Shown here: in pieces, positions 1-11,885 of the stretch
How positions within the stretch are numbered: the first letter of the stretch is position 1
How the letters are laid out: each line of letters opens with the position of its first letter
From: Eledone cirrhosa
Lineage: Eukaryota
Length of the DNA stretch: 64,000 nt
Direction of reading: 5' to 3'
Assembly (NCBI GenBank): GCA_964016885.1
Contig: OZ024765.1
Coordinates: forward strand, 20,894,001 to 20,958,000
Position numbers and translations under genes: made by a program
Notes under the pieces: model-generated
Database searches by the model: none
Seen by the model: only the letters and a program-made list of their open reading frames with translations
Told to the model about the DNA's origin: nothing

Positions 1-2017
1 TAGACCAGTCAGATGTCTACATCTGGTTTAGATACTGTTCCACCCTCTACTCAGTACATATCCCCATTAGACCAGTCAGATGTCTACATCTGGTTTAGAT
101 ACACTTCCACCCTCTACTCAGTATATATCCCCATTAGACCAGTCAGGTGTCTACATCTGGTTTAGATACAGTTCCACCCTCTACTCAGTACATATCCCCA
201 TTAGATCAGTCAGATGTCTACATCTGGTTTAGATACAGTTCCACCCTCTACTCAGTACATATCCCCATTAGACCAGTCAGATGTCTACATCTGGTTTAGA
301 TACAGTTCCACCCTCTACTCAGTACATATCCCCATTAGACCAGTCAGGTGTCTACATCTGGTTTAGATACAGTTCCACCCTCTACTCAGTACATATCCCC
401 ATTAGACCAGTCAGGTGTCTACATCTGGTTTAGATACAGTTCCACCCTCTACTCAGTACATATCCCCATTAGACCAGTCAGATGTCTACATCTGGTTTAG
501 ATACAGTTCCACCCTCTACTCAGTACATATCCCCATTAGACCAGTCAGGTGTCTACATCTGGTTTAGATACAGTTCCACCCTCTACTCAGTACATATCCC
601 CATTAGACCAGTCAGATGTCTACATCTGGTTTAGATACAGTTCCACCCTCTACTCACTACATATCCTCATTAGACCAGTCAGATGTCTACATCTGGTTTA
701 GATACAGTTCCACCCTCTACTCATTACATATCCCCATTAGACCAGTCAGATGTCTACATCTGGTGTAGATACAGTTCCACCCTCTACTCAGTACATATCC
801 CCATTAGACCAGTCAGGTGTCTACATCTGGTTTAGATACACTTCCACCCTCTACTCAGTACATATCCCCATTAGACCAGTCAGATGTCTACATCTAGTTT
901 AGATACAGTTCCACCCTCTACTCACTACATATCCCCATTAGACCAGTCAGATGTCTACATCTGGTTTAGATACAGTTCCACCCTCTACTCAGTACATATC
1001 ACCATTAGACCAGTCAGATCTACATCTGGTTTAGATACAGTTCCACCCTCTACTCAGTACATATCCCCATTAGACCAGTCAGGTGTCTACATCTGGTGTA
1101 GATACAGTTCCACCCTCTACTCAGTACATATCACCATTAGACCAGTCACATGTCTACATCTGGTTTAGATACAGTTCCACCCTCTACTCAGTACATATCC
1201 CCATTAGACCAGTCAGATGTCTACATCTGGTTTAGATACAGTTCCACCCTCTACTCAGTACATATCCCCATTAGACCAGTCACATGTCTACATCTGGTTT
1301 AGATACACTTCCACCCTCTACTCAGTACATATCCCCATTAGACCAGTCAGATCTACATCTGGTTTAGATACAGTTCCACCCTCTACTCAGTACATATCCC
1401 CATTAGACCAGTCAGGTGTCTACATCTGGTTTAGATACAGTTCCACCCTCTACTCAGTACATATCCCCATTAGACCAGTCAGATGTCTACATCTGGTTTA
1501 GATACAGTTCCACCCTCTACTCACTACATATCCCCATTAGACCAGTCAGATGTCTACATCTGGTTTAGATACAGTTCCACCCTCTACTCAGTACATATCC
1601 CCATTAGACCAGTCAGATGTCTACATCTGGTTTAGATACAGTTCCACCCTCTACTCAGTACATATCCCCATTAGACCAGTCAGATGTCTACATCTGGTTT
1701 AGATACAGTTCCACCCTCTACTCATTACATATCCCCATTAGACCAGTCAGATGTCTACATCTGGTTTAGATACACTTCCACCCTCTACTCAGTACATATC
1801 CCCATTAGACCAGTCAGATGTCTACATCTGGTTTAGATACAGTTCCACCCTCTACTCAGTACATATCCCCATTAGACCAGTCAGATGTCTACATCTGGTT
1901 TAGATACAGTTCCACCCTCTACTCAGTACATATCCCCATTAGACCAGTCAGATGTCTACATCTGGTTTAGATACAGTTCCACCCTCTACTCAGTACATAT
2001 CACCATTAGACCAGTCA
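1..2017. repeat. 67-bp minisatellite (~30 copies, truncated by window start)
   Basis: Unit TAGACCAGTCAGATGTCTACATCTGGTTTAGATACAGTTCCACCCTCTACTCAGTACATATCCCCAT recurs at 1, 68, etc. with few substitutions. Contains an internal palindrome AGATGT-CT-ACATCT. Confidence 0.97.
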
Positions 2018-2139
2018 CAATATCCACTCAGCTCAACGTACTTCAGACCTGTTGTTGATACCAGGTTTATGCCTGTTGTTAGAAACTGTTTGTTTGCTCC
2101 TCAGACTACCAGGGTTCCTCTCAGGGATTAAATGTTCTT

Positions 2140-2812
2140 TTTGATGTTGTTGGTGGCAGTGTTGGTGGTGTTTTGTTGGTGGCAGTGGTGGTGGTGTTTT
2201 GTTGTTGGTGGTGGTGGTGGTGTTTTGTTGGTGGTGGTGGTGGTGGTGGAGGAGGCGTTGGTGTTGGTGGTGGTGGTGTTGTTGGAGCTGTTGTTATTGC
2301 TGTCAATGTTAGTGTTGTTGTTGGTGTTGTTACTGATGTTGTTACTGTTGTTGTTACTGTTACTGTTGTTGTTATTGTTGTTGTTATTGTTGTTACTGTT
2401 GTTACTGTTACTGTTGTTGTTACTGTTGTTACTGTTACTGTTGTTATTGTTGTTATTGTTGTTGTTACTGTTGTTACTGTTACTGATGTTGTTACTGTTG
2501 TTGTTACTGTTACTGTTGTTGTTGTTGTTATTGTTGTTACTGTTACTGTTGTTACTGTTACTGTTGTTATTGTTGTTATTGTTGTTATTGTTGTTGTTGT
2601 TATTATTGTTGTTACTGTTGTTACTGTTACTGTTGTTGTTACTGTTGTTGTTACTGTTACTGTTGTTATTGTTATTGTTGTTGTTATTGTTGTTGTTGTT
2701 GTTACTGTTGTTACTGTTATTGATGTTGTTACTGTTGTTACTGTTACTGTTATTGTTGTTATTGTTGTTGTTGTTGTTGTTACTGTTACTGTTGTTGTTG
2801 TTGTTGTTGTTG
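2140..2812. repeat. (GGT)n/(GTT)n/(GTTACT)n compound microsatellite
   Basis: Read directly; it produces the poly-L/V/N ORFs in the track. Confidence 0.95.
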
Positions 2813-3031
2813 TAGGTGGTCTTCTGTTTTATCAAGTCTTCATTTAATTAAATGAAAATTAGAGAAATTTTAAAAAGGTCACCTTGAATCATTAATTAAG
2901 GTGATTAGAAAGTGAGAAATGTTGCTGGAGGCGAGGGGGGGTTGTATGGAATCAGTTGAAGAAACTTAAACGGGTGTGAATGTATATATATATATACACA
3001 CACACAGTATGTATATGTGAGTGTGAATGTG

Positions 3032-3064
<33 letters not shown>

Positions 3065-3074
3065 ATATATATAT

Positions 3075-3126
<52 letters not shown>

Positions 3127-3153
3127 ATATATATATGTATGTGTGTATATATA

Positions 3154-3274
3154 TATAGATGAGATTCTACAGTTCTAGTCCTGTAGAATCTCATCTATAT
3201 TAAAACTGTTATACTCTGCTATGTATTGAGTACCTTACTTACTGTGGTTACCTCCGATTCAACCCGGAATAACG
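3154..3274 (+). mobile_element. Penelope-like pseudo-LTR fragment, family A, with fold-back through hammerhead stem III
   Basis: ACAG-ttctagtc-CTGT-A-gaatctcatc plus the downstream GTATTGAGTACCTTACTTACTGTGG matches the reverse complement of 54294-54430. The 5' part is an inverted copy of the 3' part. Confidence 0.65.
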
Positions 3275-3307
<33 letters not shown>

Positions 3308-3605
3308 ATATATATATATATATATATGTGTTGGTGTGTTTATATATGGATATATGTATATATATATATATATGTATGTGTGTGTATATGTGCCCCTGTG
3401 TATATATATGTGTATATATGCGTGTATATATGTATATATGTGTATATGTAAGTGTGTGTGCGTGAGTGTGTGTACGTGTGTGTTGTTATATATTCTTATT
3501 TATTATTCTCCCCGCCCCCCCCTTTTTTTTTCTCCACCAGCCTCACTTTCATATCTGTTATATTTTTGTTTTTCAAATCCACAGTCAATAAAGACACCAG
3601 GATTT

Positions 3606-3665
3606 TTTCATTCTGATGAATGAAAGCAATTTTGGTTGCTTTCAAGACACCATTGGTAAACGAAA
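3606..3665 (+). ncRNA. Degenerate type I hammerhead motif (GAAA mutated to GACA)
   Basis: tttcatt-CTGATGA-a-tgaaagcaa/ttgctttca-a-GACA-CC-att-GGT-A-aacgaaa. Stems I-III can form, with one core substitution. Confidence 0.5.
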
Positions 3666-3714
3666 TAATTATCTTATGTTGTTTAATACATAACTATATA
3701 TATATATATATATA

Positions 3715-3960
3715 GGAACAAGTAAGACCCCAACGGCTGAGCTCAAGCCGTTTCGACGGCTAATTCTGGACTGAATCTGAGCTCAAGCCGTTTCGACGGT
3801 TAATTCTGGACTGAACGCATTCAGTCCAGAATTAGCCGTCGAAATGGCTTGAGCTCAGCCGTCGGGGTCTTACTTGTTCCTATTACCCACTCTACTACCC
3901 TAAGTATTGAGTACTTTGGTGCGTTATGGTCCACCTGGTTCCTTACCACTTTTCCTTTGT
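3715..3960 (+). mobile_element. Palindromic repeat, family B (probable Penelope pseudo-LTR derivative)
   Basis: Long inverted repeat 3715-3882 with an internal ~40-bp duplication. Right arm GAAATGGC-ttgagctca-GCCGTC-GGGGTC. Relatives at 51084-51240, 51252-51358, 54109-54254 and 54728-54772. Confidence 0.65.
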
Positions 3961-3974
3961 TATATATATATATA

Positions 3975-4133
3975 CATGGACACACTAGAAGAGGAAGACC
4001 AAGGTTAACATATGTTGATGCCCTAAGGACAGACACTGGTCTGTTGGAGATGCAGGACATGGCAGCGATAATGAGGGACAGAGACCGCTGGAGAGAACTC
4101 GTCCATGGATCTCTGGAATTTTACCCGCCTTAG
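3975..4133 (+). mobile_element. 5'-truncated RTE-type LINE 3' end
   Basis: Encodes HGHTRRGRPRLTYVDALRTDTG...DRDRWRELV, nearly identical to the end of the 29015-29434 fragment. Confidence 0.85.
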
Positions 4134-4135
4134 AT

Positions 4136-4202
<67 letters not shown>

Positions 4203-4276
4203 AGAGTATTGAAGTTTGCTTGAAGCATTGTGGAATAATGAGGTATATTTCTTTAAGTCGTTTGGAAGCCTCGGCA

Positions 4277-4830
4277 ATGCAAATGGGTAAATCTCCGGGT
4301 AACAAGATCCGGTGGTGGAGAGAGAGATGTAAGTGGGTGTACGTTGAGATGCGTGGCGTGTATAAGACGTGTAGAGGAATGAAGGAAAGTGCGTAAAGGA
4401 TAAAATAAAAATAACAACACGAGAAAGAGTTACCTTGGGAGAGATTTAATTGTCCCTATATATTTCGGATTCACATCCATCAACTGGGGTCTTTTCCGGG
4501 GGGGGGGGGGGGGAGGTTGTCTGTCGGAAAGTTGCGAAACATGTCCTCCGCTGTTCGTTGTTTTGTTTATCAAAGGACCTTTCCGACAGACAACCTTTCC
4601 CCCACCCCGGAAAAAAACCCCAGTTGATGGATGTGAATCCGAAATATATAGGGACAATTAAATCTCTCCCAAGGTAACTCTCTCTTGTGTTGTTATTTTT
4701 ATTTTATCCTTTATGCTCTTTCCTTCATTTCTCTACACGTCTTATACATGCCACGAATCTCAACGTACACCCACTTACATCTCTCTCTCCACCACCGGAT
4801 CTTGTTACCCGGTGATTTACCCATCTGCAT
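4277..4830. repeat. Large inverted repeat (~250-bp arms, 47-bp spacer)
   Basis: 4277-4531 is the reverse complement of 4579-4830 with scattered mismatches. The mirror-image ORFs 4430-4657(-) and 4450-4677(+) result from this. Confidence 0.93.
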
Positions 4831-5450
4831 AGTTAGGCTATTTGCATCACAGAATTCCAGGATTCTGAAGCCCTCCTCATTTCTATTTCCAACCCCATAG
4901 CCTCCATGGATTCCATCATAGCCATCACTATGTTGTCCAATGTGACTGTTTAGATCGCCAGCAATAATTAAGTAGTCACTGTCGGTTATTTGGGAGGTAG
5001 TGTGCATTAGCATCTCATAGAACCTGTCCTTTATAACATCAGGTAGACCAGATTGGGGTGCATAAGCGGATATTATTGTCACGGTAATTCTATTTAGAAC
5101 TAGTCTTAATTCAATTATTCTGTCATTCATCCTATTTACGTCAATTACCTTATCTACCCATTTTTCAGCTAACATAATTCCTACACCACCCTGTCCGTTG
5201 TCATTTCCCACCCAGAAAAGTTTATAGCATCGTGTTTTACCCACGATGAATCTGGCAGACCCACCTCTCCACCTAGTCTCTTGAATACAGCAAACATCAA
5301 CTTCTTTACGTTCAAGCATCTCTACAACCCCATTTGAGCGACCTTTCAATGTGCCTACATTCAAGGTACCAACTCTGAAGTTGGGAGGGTGGGATAGATG
5401 GGTTGGAGGGGCAGGGAGGGGTGTGGGAGACGGAATTTTGTTGATCATCC
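4831..5450 (-). mobile_element. RTE-clade LINE fragment, apurinic endonuclease domain
   Basis: Motifs VGTLNVGTL, CCIQETRW, GGVGIML, IISAYAPQ, IAGDLNSHIG, RNEEGFRILEFC are typical of the LINE APE domain. Truncated at 4830. Confidence 0.92.
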
Positions 5451-5667
5451 ATGTCTGAAATAAAGAGGGGTCCTTGTATTTTCATCTTGCAGCGGGAGGT
5501 GAATTTATCTTTATCTGTGACATTGAGTGCTTAGACTTTCCAAATATATATGTGCGTATATATATATATAGTGGTGGAACACTAGAAAGTAATATCCGTA
5601 GTGGTAGAGCACTCAGTCCAAGGGACGAGTTAGGTAGAAGAGGTTACACAACAGTTAGTTCACCATA

Positions 5668-5707
5668 CCGAGAACAATTGTTTCACCTTTGCGGATCTTC
5701 AGCTCAG
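5668..5707 (-). ncRNA. Minimal type I hammerhead ribozyme (Penelope pseudo-LTR)
   Basis: ctgag-CTGAAGA-t-cc-gcaaa-gg-t-GAAA-CAATTG-T-T-ctcgg, with palindromic stem III ACAATTGT. Confidence 0.75.
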
Positions 5708-6389
5708 GATGTGTAGCTTCGTCGATACATAAGCCACACATCGGATTTCCCCTTGCGTATGGCTTGGACTTAGTGATGGCTTTCCATTGAATGGAGTAGC
5801 CTATACTTGAGTCCTTGAGGGACCATACGTGGCTTGCGAGTTTCGTGGATGAACGTCTGTCCGGGTATCTGAAGGTAGACTGGTGGTTCAGGAAACGCTC
5901 CTTGAATCGGCCCTCCGCCATGCCCACATAGGATTTGACCTCCTGTGGTTCGTTTAGTCGGTTGGAAGCGACCACAGCTTCATAGATTACAGCTGATGTG
6001 TTGCATTGCTGTTGAAGGGGACAAGCTTCAGGCTTACGGCAAGAGCACCCTGGTGGGGTGTTGCTCCTAGTTCTGCTGGTGACGAACGAATATCTATCCT
6101 AAAGAGATTACGCAATAGTGATTGCCTAAACACGAGAAGTGAATTTTTCACACATTGTCCACACGTCACCAAACATCTATTGCATAACTGCAAGGCTCCG
6201 GACTGATTCTTTGTAATTTTATTTTTAATTTTTTTAATTTTATTTTCAACTTAAAAACTTTCCGGACTTTCGCGGTTATCTCCCTTACACCTCTCGCACG
6301 CAGTCTAGTATTGCCTGTGTGAAGTGACCGAGTTTGTGCGCATGCACGTTTGTACGGTTGTCCTTCCTGTTCCTATAAAGATACACATC

Positions 6390-6429
6390 CCGAGCTGAAG
6401 ATCCGCGAAGGTGAAACAATTGTTCTCGG
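6390..6429 (+). ncRNA. Minimal type I hammerhead ribozyme (Penelope pseudo-LTR)
   Basis: Stem I ccgag/ctcgg, CTGAAGA 6395-6401, stem II t-cc-gcgaa-gg-t, GAAA 6413-6416, palindromic ACAATTGT. Predicted cleavage after GUU at 6424. Confidence 0.8.
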
Positions 6430-6460
6430 TATGGTGAACTAACTGTTGTGTAACCACTTC

Positions 6461-6493
<33 letters not shown>

Positions 6494-6678
6494 GCCTGGA
6501 TTGGCAGAATCGGTTGTCGGACGTCATGCTTGCAGCATAGAGTTACGTCCCTTTACTGTCAGAGTTCAAATCCCGCCAAGGTTAACTCTGCCATTCATCC
6601 TTACGGGGTCGATAAAATAAAGTACCAATAATGTACTGGGGTAATTGCTGGCCTTGTGCCTAAAGTATAAACAAAAGT
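6494..6678 (+). mobile_element. tRNA-derived SINE, family 2
   Basis: A-box-like TGGCAGAATCGG, B-box GAGTTCAAATCCC, body GGGGTCGATAAAATAAAGTACCA. Other copies at ~32295-32560 and 52835-52988. Confidence 0.8.
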
Positions 6679-6729
6679 ATAAACAGCCTAGCTGGTTGCT
6701 GTTGTATGAACAGATATACATGGCGATTA

Positions 6730-8412
6730 GAGGGAGAAGAAGACTGAAGAAGGCAGGAAAGAGAAGAAGGAAGGCAAAAGAAGGAAGAAGAGAGAAGATG
6801 GAAGAAGATAGGGAAGAGAAGGAAGGAAGGAGATGATAGAAGACAGAAGAAGAGAGGAAAAAGAAGAAGGAAGGAGATAGAAGACAGAAGAAGGAAGAAG
6901 AGAAGACAGAAGGTAGGAAAGAAGGAAGGAAGGAGATGATAGAAGACAGAAGATAGAAGATAGAAAAGAGAAGAAAGAATACAGAAGCTAGAAGAAGAGA
7001 GGAAAAAGAAGAAGGAAGTAGATAGAAGAAGGAAGAAGAGAGAAGACAGAAGAAGGAAGGAGATGGTAGAAGACGGCAGAAGATGGCAGAAGACAGAAGA
7101 AAGAAGGAGATAGAAGACAGAAGATGGCAGAAGATAGAAGACAGAAGAAGGAAGGAGATAGAAGAAGGAAGGAGATAGAAGACAGAAGAAGGAAGGAGAT
7201 AGAAGACAGAAGAAGGAAGGAGATAGAAGACAGAAGATGGCAGAAGATAGAAGACAGAAGAAGGAAGGAGATAGAAGACAGAAGATGGCAGAAGATAGAA
7301 GACAGAAGGAAGGAGATAGAAGAAGGCAGGAGATAGAAGACAGAAGATGGCAGAAGATAGAAGACAGAAGAAGGAAGGAGATAGAAGAAGGAAGGAGATA
7401 GAAGACAGAAGAAGGAAGGAGATAGAAGACAGAAGATGGCAGAAGATAGAAGACAGAAGAAGGAAGGAGATAGAAGATGGCAGAAGATAGAAGACAGAAG
7501 AAGGAAGGAGATAGAAGAAGGCAGGAGATAGAAGACAGAAGATGGCAGAAGATAGAAGACAGAAGAAGGAAGGAGATAGAAGAAGGCAGGAGATAGAAGA
7601 CAGAAGATGGCAGAAGATAGAAGACAGAAGAAGGAAGGAGATAGAAGAAGGAAGGAGATAGAAGACAGAAGAAGGAAGGAGATAGAAGACAGAAGATGGC
7701 AGAAGATAGAAGACAGAAGAAGGAAGGAGATAGAAGAAGGAAGGAGATAGATGGCAGAAGATAGAAGACAGAAGAAGGAAGGAGATAGAAGACAGAAGAT
7801 GGCAGAAGATAGAAGACAGAAGATGGCAGAAGATAGAAGACAGAAGGAAGGAGATAGAAGAAGGAAGGAGATAGAAGAAGGCAGGAGATAGAAGACAGAA
7901 GATGGCAAAAGATAGAAGACAGAAGAAGGAAGGAGATAGAAGAAGGAAGGAGATAGAAGACAGAAGATGGCAGAAGATAGAAGACAGAAGAAGGAAGGAG
8001 ATAGAAGAAGGAGGTAGAAGACAGAAGATGGCAGAAGATAGAAGACAGAAGAAGGAAGGAGATAGAAGACAGAAGATAGAAGAAGGAAGGAGATAGAAGA
8101 AGGAGATAGAAGAAGGAAGGAAATAGAAGACAGAAGAAGGAAGGAAATAGAAGACAGAAGATGGCAGAAGATGGCAGAAGATAGAAGACAGAAGAAGGAA
8201 GGAGATAGAAGACAGAAGATGGCAGAAGATAGAAGACAGAAGAAGGAAGGAGATAGAAGAAGGAAGGAGATAGAAGACAGAAGATGGCAGAAGATAGAAG
8301 ACAGAAGAAGGAAGGAGATAGAAGAAAGAGATAGAAAAAGGAAGGAGATAGAAGACAGAAGAAGGAAGGAGATAGAAGACAGAAGATGGCAGAAGATAGA
8401 AGGAAAGAAAAA
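6730..8412. repeat. Purine-rich modular satellite (GAAGACA / GAAGATA / GAAGATGGCA / GAAGAAGGAAGGAGATA)
   Basis: About 1.7 kb that is overwhelmingly A/G on the + strand. Confidence 0.95.
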
Positions 8413-8637
8413 AATGTGGTGAATGAAATGGAAAGGTAAAAAGGAAGGAAAGATGCTATTGAAGGGAAATATGAGGTTTTTGGCGAGGAACCAACTGTAA
8501 AAGAAGGTGCCACAGTTTTTGGCAATTTTGGCAATTTTTCTGTTTATGTCTTGACTGGAATATTTCTTTTTATTGATCTTTACATTGATTGATAGGAAGG
8601 AGAGGCTGAAGAATTTCCCAATCATAACAGATCAAGT

Positions 8638-9660
8638 AGTAGTGTGGGGTGGTGGTGGTGGTGATGGTGGTGGTGGTGTGGTAGTGGTGGTGTGGTGGTG
8701 TGGTGGTGGTGGTGGTGGTGTAGTGGTGGTAGTGTGGTGGGGTGGTGGGGTGGGGGTGATGGTAGCGGTTGTGTGGTGGTGGTGGTGGTGTTGATGGTGG
8801 TGTTGATGGTGGTGGTGTGGTGGCGGTGGTGTGGTGGGGGTGATGGTGTTGATGGTGGTGGTGTGGTGGCGGTGGTGTGGTGGCGGTGAGGGGTGGGGTG
8901 ATGGGGGAGGGGTGTTGATTGGGGGGGTAGTGTGGTGGTGGTGGTGTTGATGGTGGTGGTGGTGGTGTGGTGGTGGTGTGGTGGTGATGGTGGTGGTGGG
9001 GGTGATGGTGGTGGTAGTGGTGGTGTGGTTGTGCTGGTGTTGATGGTGGTGGTGTGGTGGTGGTGGTGGTGGTGATGATGATGATGGTGATGATGGTGGT
9101 GGTGTGGTTGGTGGTGGTGGTGATGGTGATGGTGGTGATGGTGATGATGGTGATGACGATGGTGGTGGTGGTGTGGTTGTGCTGGTGTTGATGGTGGTGG
9201 TGTGGTGGTGGTGTGGTGGTGGTGGTGGTGTGGTAGTGTAGTGATGGCGGTGGTGGTGGTGGTGGTGGTGTGGTAGTGGTGGTAGTGGTGGTGGTGGTGA
9301 TGGTGGTGGCGTGGTGGTGATGTGGTGGTGGTGGTGTGTGTGTGTGTGGGGGGGGGTAGTGGTGTAGTGGTGATAGTGGTGTTGGTGGTGGTGGTGGTGG
9401 TGTGGTTGTGGTGGTGGTGGTGGTGGTGGTGGTGGTGTTGATGGTGGTGGTGGTGGTGGTGGTAGTGGTAGTGGTGGTGGTAGTGGTGGTGGTGTAGTGG
9501 TGGTGAGACAGAGAGAGGTGAGAAAGTTGGGAGATGGAAGAATGTGACAGAGAGAGAGGGGGGAGGATAGAGAGAGAGAAAGAGAGAGAGGGAGGGGGAG
9601 GGAGAGAGAGCTAGAGAGGGAGAGAGACAGAAAGATAGAGGGGAAGAGAGAGAAGGAGAA
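8638..9660. repeat. (GGT)n-rich tract followed by (GA)n
   Basis: Read directly. Confidence 0.95.
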
Positions 9661-9872
9661 GATATCATTGTTATTGTTGTAGTTACTGTTGTAGTAGTTG
9701 TCCATGGTAACCACTGTATGTTGTATCACCTGATCCTTCCATACACTCACACAAACACATACAGTTACACAAACACAGAAATACATGTACACACACACAC
9801 ACATATACAGCATAGCAAATGGAACACCAGCCACTGTTTTGCTATAGTTTTTTTCACCATCCTCTTCCTTCC

Positions 9873-9907
<35 letters not shown>

Positions 9908-10163
9908 GTCACACACACACACACATACAGTCACACAAACACACATACAGTCACACAAACACACACACACATGGTGTGACGGACAGACAGACAGAAGTCG
10001 CACATGTTTATATAAAGTATGGTGGGTGTGGTGGGAGTTGGGGATGTGAGAGGATTGAACATTGAATGACCTCAAAACAATACATTGAAGGGTTTAAGAA
10101 CGATGAAGATATATTGTGGGGCAACGTGGCCTAGTGGTAAGTGTGTTGGACTTACTTACACAC

Positions 10164-10576
10164 ATGGTGGCTGCCAACTCGTTTTCGAGTACGGCCACTA
10201 CTTTACATCCATGTAGGAGAACCCCTACCGATGTGCTGAATGACTTATATATATGGTGGCTGCCAACTCGTTTTCGAGTACGGCCACTACTTTACATCCA
10301 TGTAGGAGAACCCCTACCGATGCGCTGAACGACTTATATATATGGTGGCTGCCAACTCGTTTTCGAGTACAGCCACTACTTCATATCCATGTAGGAGAAC
10401 CCCTACCGATGCGCTGAACGAGTGTGACTTTTTAGTCCAGCCAGCGACTTGAAAACTCTGGTACAAACACTACACTTCTGACAATTATTGACACATAGTG
10501 CTGGGCCCATGGTACCATGTGATGACAAGTGCAGAGAGATCTCCAGATATAAAGCAATGCCTGTGCTGTAAAGCTT
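10164..10576 (-). mobile_element. Non-LTR retrotransposon 3' end with C2H2 zinc finger; terminal 89-bp segment triplicated
   Basis: Hand translation of the minus strand gives CSVCTRVFKSLAGLKSHTRSAHR* (10474-10403). Units begin at 10164, 10253 and 10342. Confidence 0.65.
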
Positions 10577-10742
10577 CTATAGTGTACAAAGGCACTTACA
10601 CACACATATATATATATACAGGGTGATGACAATATTTGTTCACAATTTTCAACTGCTTATTTTATGCAAATTTTTTTTACTTCTGTTGTCACTCTTGTCT
10701 TCATAAAAACAGTGACTATATTTCCATTATTTTTAGAATAAA

Positions 10743-11885
10743 GGGCGGTGGATTGGCAGTATCGGTGGAGGGTCGGACGCCATGCTAGGGCGGTGGATTG
10801 GCAGTATCGGTAGAGGGTCCGACGCCATGCTAGGGCGGTGGATTGGCAGTATCGGTAGAGGGTCGGACGCCATGCTAGGGTGGTGGATTGGCAGTATCGG
10901 TAGAGGGTCGGACGCCATGCTAGGGTGGTGGATTGGCAGTATCGGTGGAGGGTCGGACGCCATGCTAGGGTGGTGGATTGGCAGTATCGGTAGAGGGTCA
11001 GACGCCATGCTAGGGTGGTGGATTGGCAGTATCGGTGGAGGGTCGGACGCCATGCTAGGGTGGTGGATTGGCAGTATCGGTAGAGGGTCAGACGCCATGC
11101 TAGGGTGGTGGACTGGCAGTATCGGTAGAGGGTCAGACGCCATGCTAGGGTGGTGGATTGGCAGTATTGGTAGAGGGTCAGACGCCATGCTAGGGTGGTG
11201 GATTGGCAGTATAGGTGGAGGGTCAGACGCCATGCTAGGGTGGTGGATTGGCAGTATCGGTGGAGGGTCAGACGCCATGCTAGGGTGGTGGATTGGCAGT
11301 ATCGGTAGAGGGTTGGACGCCATGCTAGGGCGGTGGATTGGCAGTATCAGTAGAGGGTCAGACGCCATGCTAGGGCGGTGGATTGGCAGTATCGGTAGAG
11401 GGTCGGACGCCATGCTAGGGTGGTGGATTGGCAGTATCGGTAGAGGGTCAGACGCCATGCTAGGGTGGTGGATTGGCAGTATCAGTAGAGGGTCAGACGC
11501 CATGCTAGGGCGGTGGATTGGCAGTATCGGTAGAGGGTCAGACGCCATGCTAGGGTGGTGGATTGGCAGTATCGGTAGAGGGTCGGACGCCATGCTAGGG
11601 TGGTGGACTGGCAGTATCGGTAGAGGGTCAGACGCCATGCTAGGGTGGTGGATTGGCAGTATCGGTAGAGGGTCGGACGCCATGCTAGGGTGGTGGATTG
11701 GCAGTATCGGTAGAGGGTCGGACGCCATGCTAGGGTGGTGGACTGGCAGTATCGGTAGAGGGTCAGACGCCATGCTAGGGTGGTGGATTGGCAGTATCGG
11801 TAGAGGGTCAGACGCCATGCTAGGGTGGTGGATTGGCAGTATCGGTAGAGGGTTGGACGCCATGCTAGGGTGTAGGGTGGTGGAT
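10743..11885 (+). repeat. 45-bp minisatellite (~25 copies) derived from a SINE head
   Basis: Unit GGATTGGCAGTATCGGTAGAGGGTCGGACGCCATGCTAGGGTGGT resembles the SINE start at 6498-6530 (GGATTGGCAGAATCGGTTGTCGGACGTCATGCT). Confidence 0.92.

Larger units (their letters stand above)
5635..6462. mobile_element. Penelope-like element 3' fragment: GIY-YIG endonuclease with inverted 5' part, flanked by ~81-bp inverted pseudo-LTR copies
   Basis: Minus strand 6080-5718 reads CSCRKPEACPLQQQCNTSAVIYEAVV...YVGMAEGRFKERFLNH...CGLCIDE. Plus strand 6081-6206 continues DERISILK...LNTRSEFFTHCPH. 5635-5715 is the reverse complement of 6382-6462. Confidence 0.9.

Noticed and set aside
6660-8625. 624-aa and 545-aa hydrophobic ORFs
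   Set aside because: They are translations of a pyrimidine-rich satellite strand, with no domain.
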